A DNA stretch of 64,000 nucleotides from positions 9,134 to 73,133 of the IMG/VR virus record IMGVR_UViG_3300043811_000050; one strand, written 5' to 3'. Source of the DNA: a virus. The position numbers and the translations under genes are program-made. The notes under the pieces are model-generated. The model had not been told where the DNA came from. It made no database searches and saw only the letters and a list, made by a program, of their open reading frames with translations. Shown piece by piece: positions 55,813 to 64,000 of the stretch. Position 1 is the first letter of the stretch; each line of letters starts with the position of its first letter.

Positions 55813-57254
55813 TCTTTACCCGTGACCTTGCTTCCGTAGCGCAGTTTCATGCCGAGCCGATCGGCGAGAAGCGCTCGCGTACGCCGGAAGGCTATCTGGT
55901 GTGCCATGACGTGCCGCTGGCGCGCACGGGCTTCCAGGAATACGGCGGCTGGGAGATTGAGGACCCGGCGGTAACGCCGGCCGACAAGTACCGCGTCGAG
56001 CGCCTCGAGGAGCATGTATTTTCGCCGGAGTCCATTGCCAGCTGGCACGGCAAGGCCGTCACAAATGATCATCCGCCGGCTCTGCTGACGCCCGAGACGG
56101 ACAAGCTCTACCGCGTCGGGACGATGATCAACCCGCGTCGCGGCGAAGGCGACAAGAAAGACTTGCTGCTGGTCGACATGATCGTGACCTGTCCGCAGTT
56201 GATGCAGGACATCGATGCGGGCAAGCGCGAGGTCTCGGGTGGTTATGACTGCGACTATTTCGAGGTCAGGCCGGGCCATCTTCAGCAGCGGGGCATTGTC
56301 GGGAATCACGGAGCAGTTGTGGAGCAGGGACGATGCGGCGTGCGGTGCGCGATAGGCGACGAAGATCAACCCCGGGCTAAGGCCCATACTAGGAGACGGA
56401 GCATGGACGTTCTAAATGCACTCCGCCGGGCGCTCAAGTCCGGCAATCAGCAGACCATCGACAAGGCCGCGGTGCAAGCCATCCTCGATGCTGAGGGCGA
56501 GGAGCCCACAGTCGAGGGCCATAGCGTGCATATTCACGTCGGTGGCCAGGGCGAGAACAGCGCTGGCAAGGAGGAACAGCCGCCGAAGAAAGAAGATCCG
56601 ATGGACGAGGCCCCGCCGTGGTTCAAGCAGCACCACAAGGAGACTTCGGACCGCTGGGGCGCTCATGATGCCTGGACGAAGGGCATGGATGAGTGGCGCA
56701 AGGGAGTCGACACGTTCATGAAGGGTGAGGGCGCCGGCGCCGGGAACCATGAAATCGAGGGCGGCGAGCTCGAGATGGAAGCGCCTCCAGGCACCGCACT
56801 CAACGATGCCAAAGGCGCCAAGGACAGTGCGCTTCTTGCCGACTCTTTCCAGGAAACCTGCGCAGGCGCCGAAGTGCTTGCGCCAGGCATCTCGCTGCCG
56901 ACGCTCAACCGCAACGCTCCGCCCAAGACGACATTTGATGCCATCTGCGGCTTGCGCCGGCGCGCGCTCGATCACGCCATGTCGTCTGCCGAGACGCGCC
57001 AGGCGGTGCTCGACTGCACCGGAGGCCGTGGCATCGACACCAAGAAGGCGACGTGCCGCGACGTGCGTACCACCTTCCGAGCCGTCGTCGCGATGCGCCG
57101 CGCAGCCAATGCTGAGGGAAATCGCGACACGAAGCACACCACCTATGCCGGCACTCCTACCGGCGTCGGTGGCATCAGCTCGCTCACCGAGCTGAACGCC
57201 ATGAACCAGAAGCATTACGAGAACGTCCGGGCCGCGAACTCCGGTCGTCGATAA
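55809..57254 (+). CDS. Prohead protease/scaffold (DUF2213 family)
   Basis: 'TPEGYL.C.DVP.ARTG.Q.Y', 'VF..ES.AS..GK.VT.DHP', 'EVS.GY', 'NH.A.V..GRCG..C.IGD'. Confidence 0.9.
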   Translation: MIFTRDLASVAQFHAEPIGEKRSRTPEGYLVCHDVPLARTGFQEYGGWEIEDPAVTPADKYRVERLEEHVFSPESIASWHGKAVTNDHPPALLTPETDKLYRVGTMINPRRGEGDKKDLLLVDMIVTCPQLMQDIDAGKREVSGGYDCDYFEVRPGHLQQRGIVGNHGAVVEQGRCGVRCAIGDEDQPRAKAHTRRRSMDVLNALRRALKSGNQQTIDKAAVQAILDAEGEEPTVEGHSVHIHVGGQGENSAGKEEQPPKKEDPMDEAPPWFKQHHKETSDRWGAHDAWTKGMDEWRKGVDTFMKGEGAGAGNHEIEGGELEMEAPPGTALNDAKGAKDSALLADSFQETCAGAEVLAPGISLPTLNRNAPPKTTFDAICGLRRRALDHAMSSAETRQAVLDCTGGRGIDTKKATCRDVRTTFRAVVAMRRAANAEGNRDTKHTTYAGTPTGVGGISSLTELNAMNQKHYENVRAANSGRR

Positions 57255-57286
57255 CAAATCTTAACCGCTGACGACAGGAGGTCTCC

Positions 57287-58078
57287 ATGATCAGCAACGC
57301 TGCCCGCCGTCTCAGCGGGCTCAAGAAGGAAAAATTCCCTCGTTCGAGTGGAGGGTATCTGGTTGGAAAGTTGGAGCCAATGAGTGGAATTATGTCTCCG
57401 ATGCTTAACTTGTTGAGGGGTAAGAATGCCATTGACCGGGTGAATGTCGCCACTGGTCGCGTTATCCGGTCCCTCGTCAGCGAAGGAGCGATCCGCGCGG
57501 CTTACGGCGGACGCTTCGTCGGCCGCCACGCGACGATGGACGCGGACCGCATGGCGTTCACGTATCGCATGGGTAACGGTTCGGCGGGCTCGGTGAACCG
57601 CTTTCACCCTGCCACAATCACGCCGACGCCCATCAATGGCACCACACCGCCGAGCATTGGGCTCGCTGGCACCATCGACGCGACAGCGAACAACTTCCGC
57701 CTGGTGCAGGCCGGCGATACCGGGCTGACCGACATTTGGGGCGTTACCGTGCGACCCTGGCCGGTTCAGCAAGGCAATTCGGCCAGTCCGAACTTCGTTG
57801 GCGCCATCGCGTTTGGCGGGGTGCAGCCTGTGGCTCAGCAGTTTGGCGTCTGGGACGTGTTGCGCAGTGGTTACATCCTGGTGCCGGTCGTCGGATCGCC
57901 TGTGCTTGGTGGCACCGTCTACGTCTGGTGCGCTGCGGCGTCGGGTTCGCACGTCCAGGGCGGCTTCGAGACGTCTTCGCCCGGTGGCTCCGGGTTTACG
58001 ATCTCGGGCAACGACAAAACCAACTACAACTCGGGCGCCGATTCCTTCGGCGTTGCCGAGTTGGCGTTCAACATCTAA
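57287..58078 (+). CDS. Capsid cement/decoration protein with N-terminal extension
   Basis: AGGAGG RBS; 'AF.YRM..G..G.V.R', 'VR.WP', 'L..GYI.V', 'D..G..EL.FNI'; lies between protease and MCP. Confidence 0.8.
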   Translation: MISNAARRLSGLKKEKFPRSSGGYLVGKLEPMSGIMSPMLNLLRGKNAIDRVNVATGRVIRSLVSEGAIRAAYGGRFVGRHATMDADRMAFTYRMGNGSAGSVNRFHPATITPTPINGTTPPSIGLAGTIDATANNFRLVQAGDTGLTDIWGVTVRPWPVQQGNSASPNFVGAIAFGGVQPVAQQFGVWDVLRSGYILVPVVGSPVLGGTVYVWCAAASGSHVQGGFETSSPGGSGFTISGNDKTNYNSGADSFGVAELAFNI

Positions 58079-58107
58079 CGAGCGCGCGCCGCTCAGGAGG
58101 CAGTGAG

Positions 58108-59391
58108 ATGAGACTAGACACAGAGTTGGGCGGCGCCCACCCGTTGAATCGCCGCACCGTGATCCATAACCATGATCCCGAGGCGTGGGAGCGCGCCAGG
58201 GACGAGGCCATCGCGCAGTATGGCGGCCGCTTCGTCGGCCGGCACTCTTCGATGGACATGCTGACCTTTGATGCATCGCGCCAGCAAGATGCCGCTGGCA
58301 ATCATATGGGGAAACCAATTGCCTCTGGCAGCCGCACGCATCCGGTCATGGATGGGCGCGGCAACATCGTGACCGACTCCAACGGTCGCGCGCTGCAGAA
58401 AACATTCACGTTCGACTCGACCGGGGCATTCCTCGTCGGCGAGCTGGAGCGCCTCGACATGACGTTCCATGGCCCGCTGGTCGCGGTCAGCTGGCAGCGC
58501 GACATCGACCTGCGCGAGGACGTCACCACAGCTGATGATGCCTCGAGCTTCACGCTGACTACGTTCGGCGCGGCCCCCGGCGCGGGCGGTCCTGCTGGTG
58601 TTGGCCAGGGCATCAGTTGGGCTGGTCGCAATACGACGCAGGCGACCGGCGTCAGCATCGACATCAGCAAGACTGTGTATCCGCTCATTCCGTGGAGCAT
58701 GGAGATCGCGTTCACGGTGTTTGAACTGGAGTCTGCGGCTAAATTAGGCCGCCCGGTTGATGAGCAAAAGTTCAAGGCGCTCCAGACCAAGCACCAGATG
58801 GACGTCGACCAGATGGTGTATTACGGCGATGCTCAGACGCAGACTACGGCTGCGTCGGGGCTCCTGAACAACGTCCTGATGACTAACACGAACAACCTGC
58901 CGAACGGCGTCAGTGGGTTCTCGCAGTGGGTCAACAAGTCGCCGCAGGAGATCCTCGCGGACGTTAACTCGGCGCTTACTTCGGTTTGGGCCGCATCGGC
59001 GTGGTCAGTTACCCCGCGGCGCATCCTGATCCCGCCAAACCAGTTCGGTTACATCAGCACTTCGCTGATCAGCCTCGCCGGCAGCATGTCGATCCTGCGC
59101 TATATCGTGGAGAACAACTTGCTTACCGGCACTGGGCAGGGTGAGCTGGAGATTTTGCCGCTCAAATGGCTGATCGGCCTCGGCAGTGGTGGGACGCTCG
59201 GCACTACCGGCACCGTCGACAGGATGTTTGTTTACACGAAGAATAAGGACTTCGTGCGGTATCCAATGACGCTTATACAGAGGACGCCAGTACAGTATGA
59301 TGGTTTATATCACAAAAGTACGTATTATGCAAAACTCGGGCAGTTAGAAGAAGTATACCCTGAGACAGTCGGAGCATTTGATGGTCTCTAG
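58108..59391 (+). CDS. Major capsid protein (DUF2184 family)
   Basis: AGGAGG RBS; 'DSTGAFLVGELERLD', 'W.RDI.LREDV', 'EL..A...GRP.D.QK', 'YPET....DG'. Confidence 0.9.
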   Translation: MRLDTELGGAHPLNRRTVIHNHDPEAWERARDEAIAQYGGRFVGRHSSMDMLTFDASRQQDAAGNHMGKPIASGSRTHPVMDGRGNIVTDSNGRALQKTFTFDSTGAFLVGELERLDMTFHGPLVAVSWQRDIDLREDVTTADDASSFTLTTFGAAPGAGGPAGVGQGISWAGRNTTQATGVSIDISKTVYPLIPWSMEIAFTVFELESAAKLGRPVDEQKFKALQTKHQMDVDQMVYYGDAQTQTTAASGLLNNVLMTNTNNLPNGVSGFSQWVNKSPQEILADVNSALTSVWAASAWSVTPRRILIPPNQFGYISTSLISLAGSMSILRYIVENNLLTGTGQGELEILPLKWLIGLGSGGTLGTTGTVDRMFVYTKNKDFVRYPMTLIQRTPVQYDGLYHKSTYYAKLGQLEEVYPETVGAFDGL

Positions 59392-59421
59392 ACTCTACGA
59401 ATACTTACGAATACTTACTAA

Positions 59422-59493
59422 TTGACGAGGTGACCAATTTGATGCTATAAAGACAGAAGGCCGAAGCGTTCTAGCGCCTCGGCCTTCCTGACC
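59422..59493 (+). promoter_or_regulatory. Promoter and leader hairpin of the HNH gene
   Basis: TTGACG-N18-TATAAA (TGn extended -10); GAAGGCCGA..TCGGCCTTC hairpin followed by CTGACC. Confidence 0.6.
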
Positions 59494-59518
59494 AAAACGA
59501 GCGCTGGAGGCACCCGAG

Positions 59519-60295
59519 ATGGCTGACGAAACCACAACACAAAACCGGTCAATTGTCACCCGCGCTGAAGCCAGGGCGCAAGGTTTGAAGCGTTATTTTC
59601 TCGGCAAGCCGTGCCCGCACGGTCATAACGATGAGCGCATGGTGAGTGGGGGTTGCGTTGTTTGTAACCGGCTGAGAGTACTAGAATGGCAAAAGAGAAA
59701 CCCGCACAAAGCTGCAGAGCGCGTGACGCGGTATCAAAAGAAATACCCAGAGAGACAGCGTGCGCGTCAAAATCGATGGGCCAGTGAAAACAGAGAGAAG
59801 AAGCGGGCACGGTGTCGTAAATGGCAGCAGGAGAACCGAGATAAAGCCCGCGCTTCTTGTCGTAATTTTTACTACGAAAACCTCGATGAACAGCGCGCTA
59901 GGTCAAAAATTAATGTTCTGAAATGGATAAAGGAAAACCCTGAGAAAGCCTCCGCACACCGGCGCGCTAGGAAAGCGAGAAAACGTGGTGCCCAGGGGTC
60001 TTATAATCGCGCCGATATTCTCGCGCTAATGGAGCAGCAGGGCGGCATATGCGCGGGTCATTGTGGCAAGGACATTCGTAAAAAATTTGATGTAGATCAC
60101 AAGACGCCGATATCTCGTGGCGGTTCAAATGACCCATCAAATCTTTGCTTGATGTGCCCTATGTGCAACAGATCGAAGCACGACAAGACAATGGAAGAGT
60201 GGAAAGAATCGCGATCATGGCTAACTGCCAAGGAGCACGCCACGATAGACAAAGGTGACCAGGAAGGAACCAAGGGTCCAGAACGAGGAGCATAA
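59519..60295 (+). CDS. HNH homing endonuclease
   Basis: 'R.EA...G..RYF.GKPC..GH...R....C..C' N-domain; 'VDHK.P.SRGG.N...NL...C..CN.SK'. Confidence 0.9.
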   Translation: MADETTTQNRSIVTRAEARAQGLKRYFLGKPCPHGHNDERMVSGGCVVCNRLRVLEWQKRNPHKAAERVTRYQKKYPERQRARQNRWASENREKKRARCRKWQQENRDKARASCRNFYYENLDEQRARSKINVLKWIKENPEKASAHRRARKARKRGAQGSYNRADILALMEQQGGICAGHCGKDIRKKFDVDHKTPISRGGSNDPSNLCLMCPMCNRSKHDKTMEEWKESRSWLTAKEHATIDKGDQEGTKGPERGA

Positions 60296-60296
60296 A

Positions 60297-60491
60297 ATGG
60301 CGCTCTCGAAGAGCCTTCGTGCGATTCGTTTCCGTGGCGCCGCAGCCCTAATGGAAATGCTGGATTCCATTGGAAGCAATGATGTAGTAGATCATGACAT
60401 AGCTCACATCCTGGTTAATCACGAGTTGGAGATACGCGAAATTCTGTACTTCGCGCTCACGAAGCTGGTAGACGAGGAACACGACGACTAG
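60297..60491 (+). CDS. Small hypothetical protein
   Basis: GAGGAG RBS. Confidence 0.55.
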   Translation: MALSKSLRAIRFRGAAALMEMLDSIGSNDVVDHDIAHILVNHELEIREILYFALTKLVDEEHDD

Positions 60492-60634
60492 AGCCAAGCG
60501 GCCCCGGTGTAGAGCTGACGTAGATTTTTAAGTGGGTCTCGTACAGCTACCGGCGGTTTTCAGGTGACCAGGAAGGGGGCGAGTCCGCTTCCCGGCACAC
60601 ACCTTAACCGAGGACTCGAGACGAGGAACACAAA

Positions 60635-61378
60635 ATGGCAGACGAACAGAAGCCGCGAGAGATCACCAAGGAAGAGCAGGCCGTGCTGGACGAGGGCAAG
60701 GCGCAGCTGGAGCGTGCCAAGATGGCCATCGGTCAGCCGCTGCCGGCGATGCACGATCCGCTCTGGCTGCTGAGTGAGGAAGGTGCTCCCGTACTGGCGC
60801 ATGCGTTGGGGCGGAACGCGAAGAATCAGTCGATTCAGCCGAAGACGGGGACCGTCACTGTCAAGATTCCAAAAGAGTTTGTCTATCACGCCACTAACTT
60901 TCATCGCTTTGTCATGAAAGAAGGTGTTCGGGAGATTCCAGAAAGCCTTCTGGATGTCCCGTATATTGTCAGTAAGGGAGTGATGGTATGGGATCGTCCG
61001 AAGCCACAGGTTCAAGTGGTGACGATTCTTGGTAGTACGACGCTCGGTCCAACGGTCAAATATCTCGGGCATGATGTGCCTTCGGAAAATTTCATTACAG
61101 CTGCCTTCGAGGCATCGAAGTTGAGTGTTGATCAGTGGAACTTGCTCAGCGACGAGGAGCGCGGCACTCGTGCGATCGACGAGGTGAGTCGCGCCGAGGC
61201 AGCGCAGGCAGTGTCGAAAGATCAGAGCGAGGGACGCGCGCCGATGCCGCCGAAGCCGGTGATGGCGCCGCAGCCCCTGATGGGTCAGGGCGCCCCGGCA
61301 CCGCAGCGGCCTCAGATGACGCCGCCCGAGGTCAAGAAGGCCGAGGCGGCGATGCAGCCTGATAAGTTCAAGAAATAG
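60635..61378 (+). CDS. Hypothetical head-associated protein
   Basis: GAGGA RBS; position downstream of MCP; Pro-rich tail. Confidence 0.65.
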   Translation: MADEQKPREITKEEQAVLDEGKAQLERAKMAIGQPLPAMHDPLWLLSEEGAPVLAHALGRNAKNQSIQPKTGTVTVKIPKEFVYHATNFHRFVMKEGVREIPESLLDVPYIVSKGVMVWDRPKPQVQVVTILGSTTLGPTVKYLGHDVPSENFITAAFEASKLSVDQWNLLSDEERGTRAIDEVSRAEAAQAVSKDQSEGRAPMPPKPVMAPQPLMGQGAPAPQRPQMTPPEVKKAEAAMQPDKFKK

Positions 61379-61411
61379 CAATCAACCATCTTACTTGGAG
61401 GAGGTGGCATC

Positions 61412-62086
61412 ATGCCTCTCACTGAAAAGGGAAATGAAATACTTCACAACATGGAGAAAACTTATAGCTCACCTAAAAAGGCAGAGCAAGTATTTTATGC
61501 TTCTCGGAACGCCGGCACGATCAGCGGCGTGGACAGCGTGCCTCTCGGCAACTGCTACAAGGACGACGTGCCGCCGGCATTGCTATATGGTGAACCGAAG
61601 ATCAGCCCAACGTCCACGTCCCAGTACAGCGGCATGCAGGAGCAGCTGCGCACGGCGCCGCAGCCGGTGCCACATGAGCCGATAGACGCTGGCAATAAAA
61701 CTGCTGGACTGACAGTAAGCCCTTCGAAGAATGCAAGTGAGGAAGAGCTGGTTCAAGCTAGAAAAGAAATGGTTGAGCGGTTGTCAAAAACTAAAGAAGC
61801 TCAGGCTAACCGTGCTATCATAGAGCGTACGCAAAAAGAAAGGCAGCGGGACAGTGCCACAGTTCCTCAACCTTCCCAGCCCGGCCACGAACTTGCCGAA
61901 GCCGGCGCCATCGAGCGCCTCGAGGCGCTGCATGGCAGGCGCAGCGCACCCGCCGACTTCTCCGGCGATGCGAACTCGCCCATGGGTCATCTGCCCGCGG
62001 AGATCAGCTTCGCCGACATCCGGCGCATGGGCACTGGGTTCAACTACAACCAGGGATACGGTGGAGACCCGTACAACAAGAAGTAA
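61412..62086 (+). CDS. Conserved phage protein with MPLTxKG...VFYASxN domain
   Basis: GGAGG RBS; 'MPLTEKG.EI...M...Y...K.E.VFYAS.N.G.I.GVD'. Confidence 0.7.
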   Translation: MPLTEKGNEILHNMEKTYSSPKKAEQVFYASRNAGTISGVDSVPLGNCYKDDVPPALLYGEPKISPTSTSQYSGMQEQLRTAPQPVPHEPIDAGNKTAGLTVSPSKNASEEELVQARKEMVERLSKTKEAQANRAIIERTQKERQRDSATVPQPSQPGHELAEAGAIERLEALHGRRSAPADFSGDANSPMGHLPAEISFADIRRMGTGFNYNQGYGGDPYNKK

Positions 62087-62089
62087 GAG

Positions 62090-62290
62090 ATGAGCTGGCA
62101 ACCAATCGAGATGGCACCGAAGGACGGGACGGTAGTCCTGTTGACGGACGGAGTGTGCTTCTCAGCCGGAGCGTACGAGTCTGACGGATGGTGGCGCTTG
62201 TACGGTTGCACGAGTTTCGAGGCCGATGCTGACACTGAGGAATTCTTCGAGCCTACTCATTGGCAGCCTGGGCTGGAGCCTCCGAAGTGA
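62090..62290 (+). CDS. DUF551-like small protein
   Basis: 'WQPIE.APKDGT' and 'PTHWQP'. Confidence 0.75.
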   Translation: MSWQPIEMAPKDGTVVLLTDGVCFSAGAYESDGWWRLYGCTSFEADADTEEFFEPTHWQPGLEPPK

Positions 62291-62296
62291 TGTTCA

Positions 62297-62461
62297 ATGG
62301 AACCGATAGCCAGAGATATCGCTGCTAAATTCTTCGCTCCTGACGACCCAAAGTACGACGCTTTGGTTCGTGAGATTGTGGAGGCATTCGAGAATGCTTT
62401 GGATGACTATCGCTTGAACAGGGATGTTTACCCACCAGAATGGCCAGAGGTCTTAACTTGA
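62297..62461 (+). CDS. Small hypothetical protein
   Basis: 54-aa ORF filling gap. Confidence 0.4.
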   Translation: MEPIARDIAAKFFAPDDPKYDALVREIVEAFENALDDYRLNRDVYPPEWPEVLT

Positions 62462-62543
62462 TCACAGTTCCGCGCGAGCGGAAGGGGGGCCGAGACTTGC
62501 ACACCCCCCAGTTCCCCCGGCAGAGTCTCGGCCCCTATCTATC

Positions 62544-63107
62544 ATGACCACCGTCGTCAACAACATTGGCGTGACGCCTGCGACGTTCATCCAGGACTTT
62601 CCCGAGTTCGGAAACCAGAGCGCCTACCCTCCGGCCGTGATCGCGTACTATCTCGCGCTAGCAAATATCCTACTCAATCCGGTGTTCTGGGGTGGGCCGT
62701 CGCCGAATGCGCTGCCGCAGGGGACGCCGGTCAGCCCGCCACAGGCGATGATCGATTTCGCCGCCGAGCTGTTCGTGGCTCATAATCTTGTCCTGGAGTA
62801 CGCGGCGCAGAGGGCGGCAGCGACGGGTGGACTGCCGGGAACGCAGACAGGCCCTGTTGCCAGTAAGGGCGTTGGGCCAATCAGTGTCAGCTACGACAAC
62901 GGGGCAGCGGCGTTCGAGGCCGGCAATGCGGGGGACTACACGCTTACAACTTACGGCCAGCGGCTGTGGCGGATGATACAAATGGCTGGTGCCGGTCCAA
63001 TACAGTTGGGGCTGGGCGTCGCGCCTCCGTGGTCGGCGTTTACGCCGTCAGCGTTTGGGCCCTGGGGAGGCCCCCCCATTTTCCCCGGCTGGTACTGGAA
63101 CACCTGA
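62544..63107 (+). CDS. Head-tail adaptor (DUF4054-like)
   Basis: 'F..DFPEF.....YP', 'LF.AH.L', 'SK.VG..SVSYD', 'T.YG'. Confidence 0.85.
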   Translation: MTTVVNNIGVTPATFIQDFPEFGNQSAYPPAVIAYYLALANILLNPVFWGGPSPNALPQGTPVSPPQAMIDFAAELFVAHNLVLEYAAQRAAATGGLPGTQTGPVASKGVGPISVSYDNGAAAFEAGNAGDYTLTTYGQRLWRMIQMAGAGPIQLGLGVAPPWSAFTPSAFGPWGGPPIFPGWYWNT

Positions 63108-63118
63108 AATGAAAATCT

Positions 63119-63319
63119 ATGAGACAATACTTTTGTAGATCGTGCGGGAATGACTGGATGACTAGCCTGCCTTCCGACGAGGCTGACGACCTATGTCAAG
63201 TTTGTTATCACGTGTTGTGTAGTCCTGTAGAGATTACCGAGGGGCTTAAGTCCTACTTGAGGGAGAATGGGTATTCTAGCGTACTGATAGATGAAGTTAT
63301 TGAGCGAATGCCCAAGTGA
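63119..63319 (+). CDS. Small zinc-ribbon protein (AT-rich insert)
   Basis: 'C..CG..W' and 'C..C'. Confidence 0.5.
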   Translation: MRQYFCRSCGNDWMTSLPSDEADDLCQVCYHVLCSPVEITEGLKSYLRENGYSSVLIDEVIERMPK

Positions 63320-63879
63320 AGGACGGCGTCCATCTCGTGAAGGATCGCACCAAGGCGCTGGTTGAAGCGACGCGCGCCTTGACGAAGCAGGATGTGCTGG
63401 TCGGCGTGCCCGGCGAGACGAACTTTAAGGGACGCGAGGCCGGTGAACCGTCAAATGCTGCCCTGGCCTACATACACGACAACGGCGCACCCGAGGCCAA
63501 TATCCCGGCGCGGCCGTTCATGCGACCTGGTATGAAAGCGGCGAAGAAAGCGATCGTGGTACAGCTTCGGCTGGCCGGCAGGGCAGCTATCGATGGTGAC
63601 AGCTCGAAGGTCACGGCGCGCTTGCACGCTGCAGGGCTCGCTGCCGTCGCCAGCATCCGCGCCGTCATTACCGCGGGCATCCCACCGCCGCTTGCTGAGA
63701 GCACTGTGGAGAAGCGCATTTCGCGTCGAGCGAGCGGAACGTGGCGGCGTAAACGGCGCGCCGAGGTTGCGGCGAATGCCGCCGGCGCTGCACCGGGCGA
63801 GGGGATATTTACTCCTCTTGTGGATACCGGAGCTTTAAGAGCTGCGATAACGCACGTCATTAGGGCGAAGGCGAGATGA
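63316..63879 (+). CDS. Neck/tail-completion protein (HK97 gp10-like)
   Basis: 'V.VG.P', 'A.IH..G....IPARPF.RP', 'PL...T', 'PL.DTG.L...I'. Confidence 0.85.
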   Translation: MKDGVHLVKDRTKALVEATRALTKQDVLVGVPGETNFKGREAGEPSNAALAYIHDNGAPEANIPARPFMRPGMKAAKKAIVVQLRLAGRAAIDGDSSKVTARLHAAGLAAVASIRAVITAGIPPPLAESTVEKRISRRASGTWRRKRRAEVAANAAGAAPGEGIFTPLVDTGALRAAITHVIRAKAR

Positions 63880-64000
63880 GCCTCATCGATGTAGACGACG
63901 TAATCTTCGACCCGTTCGTGGCGGGCCAGTTCGTAACGGTCGTGCGCCGCGAGCAGGAAGTCAACGAGCAAGGTGAAGGCGTCGAAACCGATACCACGAT
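63876..64000 (+). CDS. Head-closure/neck protein, 3'-truncated by window
   Basis: ATGA-coupled; 'IDV.DV..DP......V.RR...VN..G'. Confidence 0.65.
   Translation, partial: MSLIDVDDVIFDPFVAGQFVTVVRREQEVNEQGEGVETDTT

Noticed and set aside
57736-58107. 551-aa version of the major capsid protein
   Set aside because: Overlaps the cement gene out of frame; strong RBS supports ATG 58108.
1-64000. CRISPR array, tRNA/rRNA, integrase, reverse transcriptase/DGR
   Set aside because: No regularly spaced repeat-spacer units, cloverleaf with T-loop consensus, recombinase or RT motifs seen by eye; a tRNAscan/CRISPR search was not possible.

Overview
The whole window is tailed-phage DNA (GC-rich, densely coding, standard genetic code), most likely a lytic myovirus of an Alphaproteobacterium (it carries a GcrA homologue and DUF3489-like genes; no integrase or repressor is recognisable). 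Both ends fall inside the morphogenesis operon and the sheath, tube and tape-measure genes are outside the window. Layout: baseplate and tail fibre (1-7.3 kb, +); an expanded lysis/membrane region (7.3-14.1 kb, +); a leftward block with sliding clamp, methyltransferase, nuclease and small early genes behind three operator-containing promoters (14.1-20.5 kb, -); replication genes (SSB, frame-split primase, exonuclease, SF1 and SNF2 helicases, GcrA, PolA; 20.6-35.1 kb, +); a structured, AT-rich non-coding region (35.1-35.9 kb); then NusG, terminase, DUF1073 portal, MuF, DUF2213 protease, cement protein, DUF2184 capsid and neck genes (36-64 kb, +). The most unusual feature is a 12.6-kb run of nine closely coupled genes inside the head operon whose products all appear to carry export signal peptides (mostly cleaved before Gln) and include Cys-rich lectin-like and beta-helix proteins. 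Other highlights: a candidate -1 frameshift (C CCT TTA) rejoining the primase, several small-gene insertions flanked by duplicated gene junctions, and a portal fused to a pyrophosphatase-like domain. All family assignments are from motif recognition by eye, not database searches.
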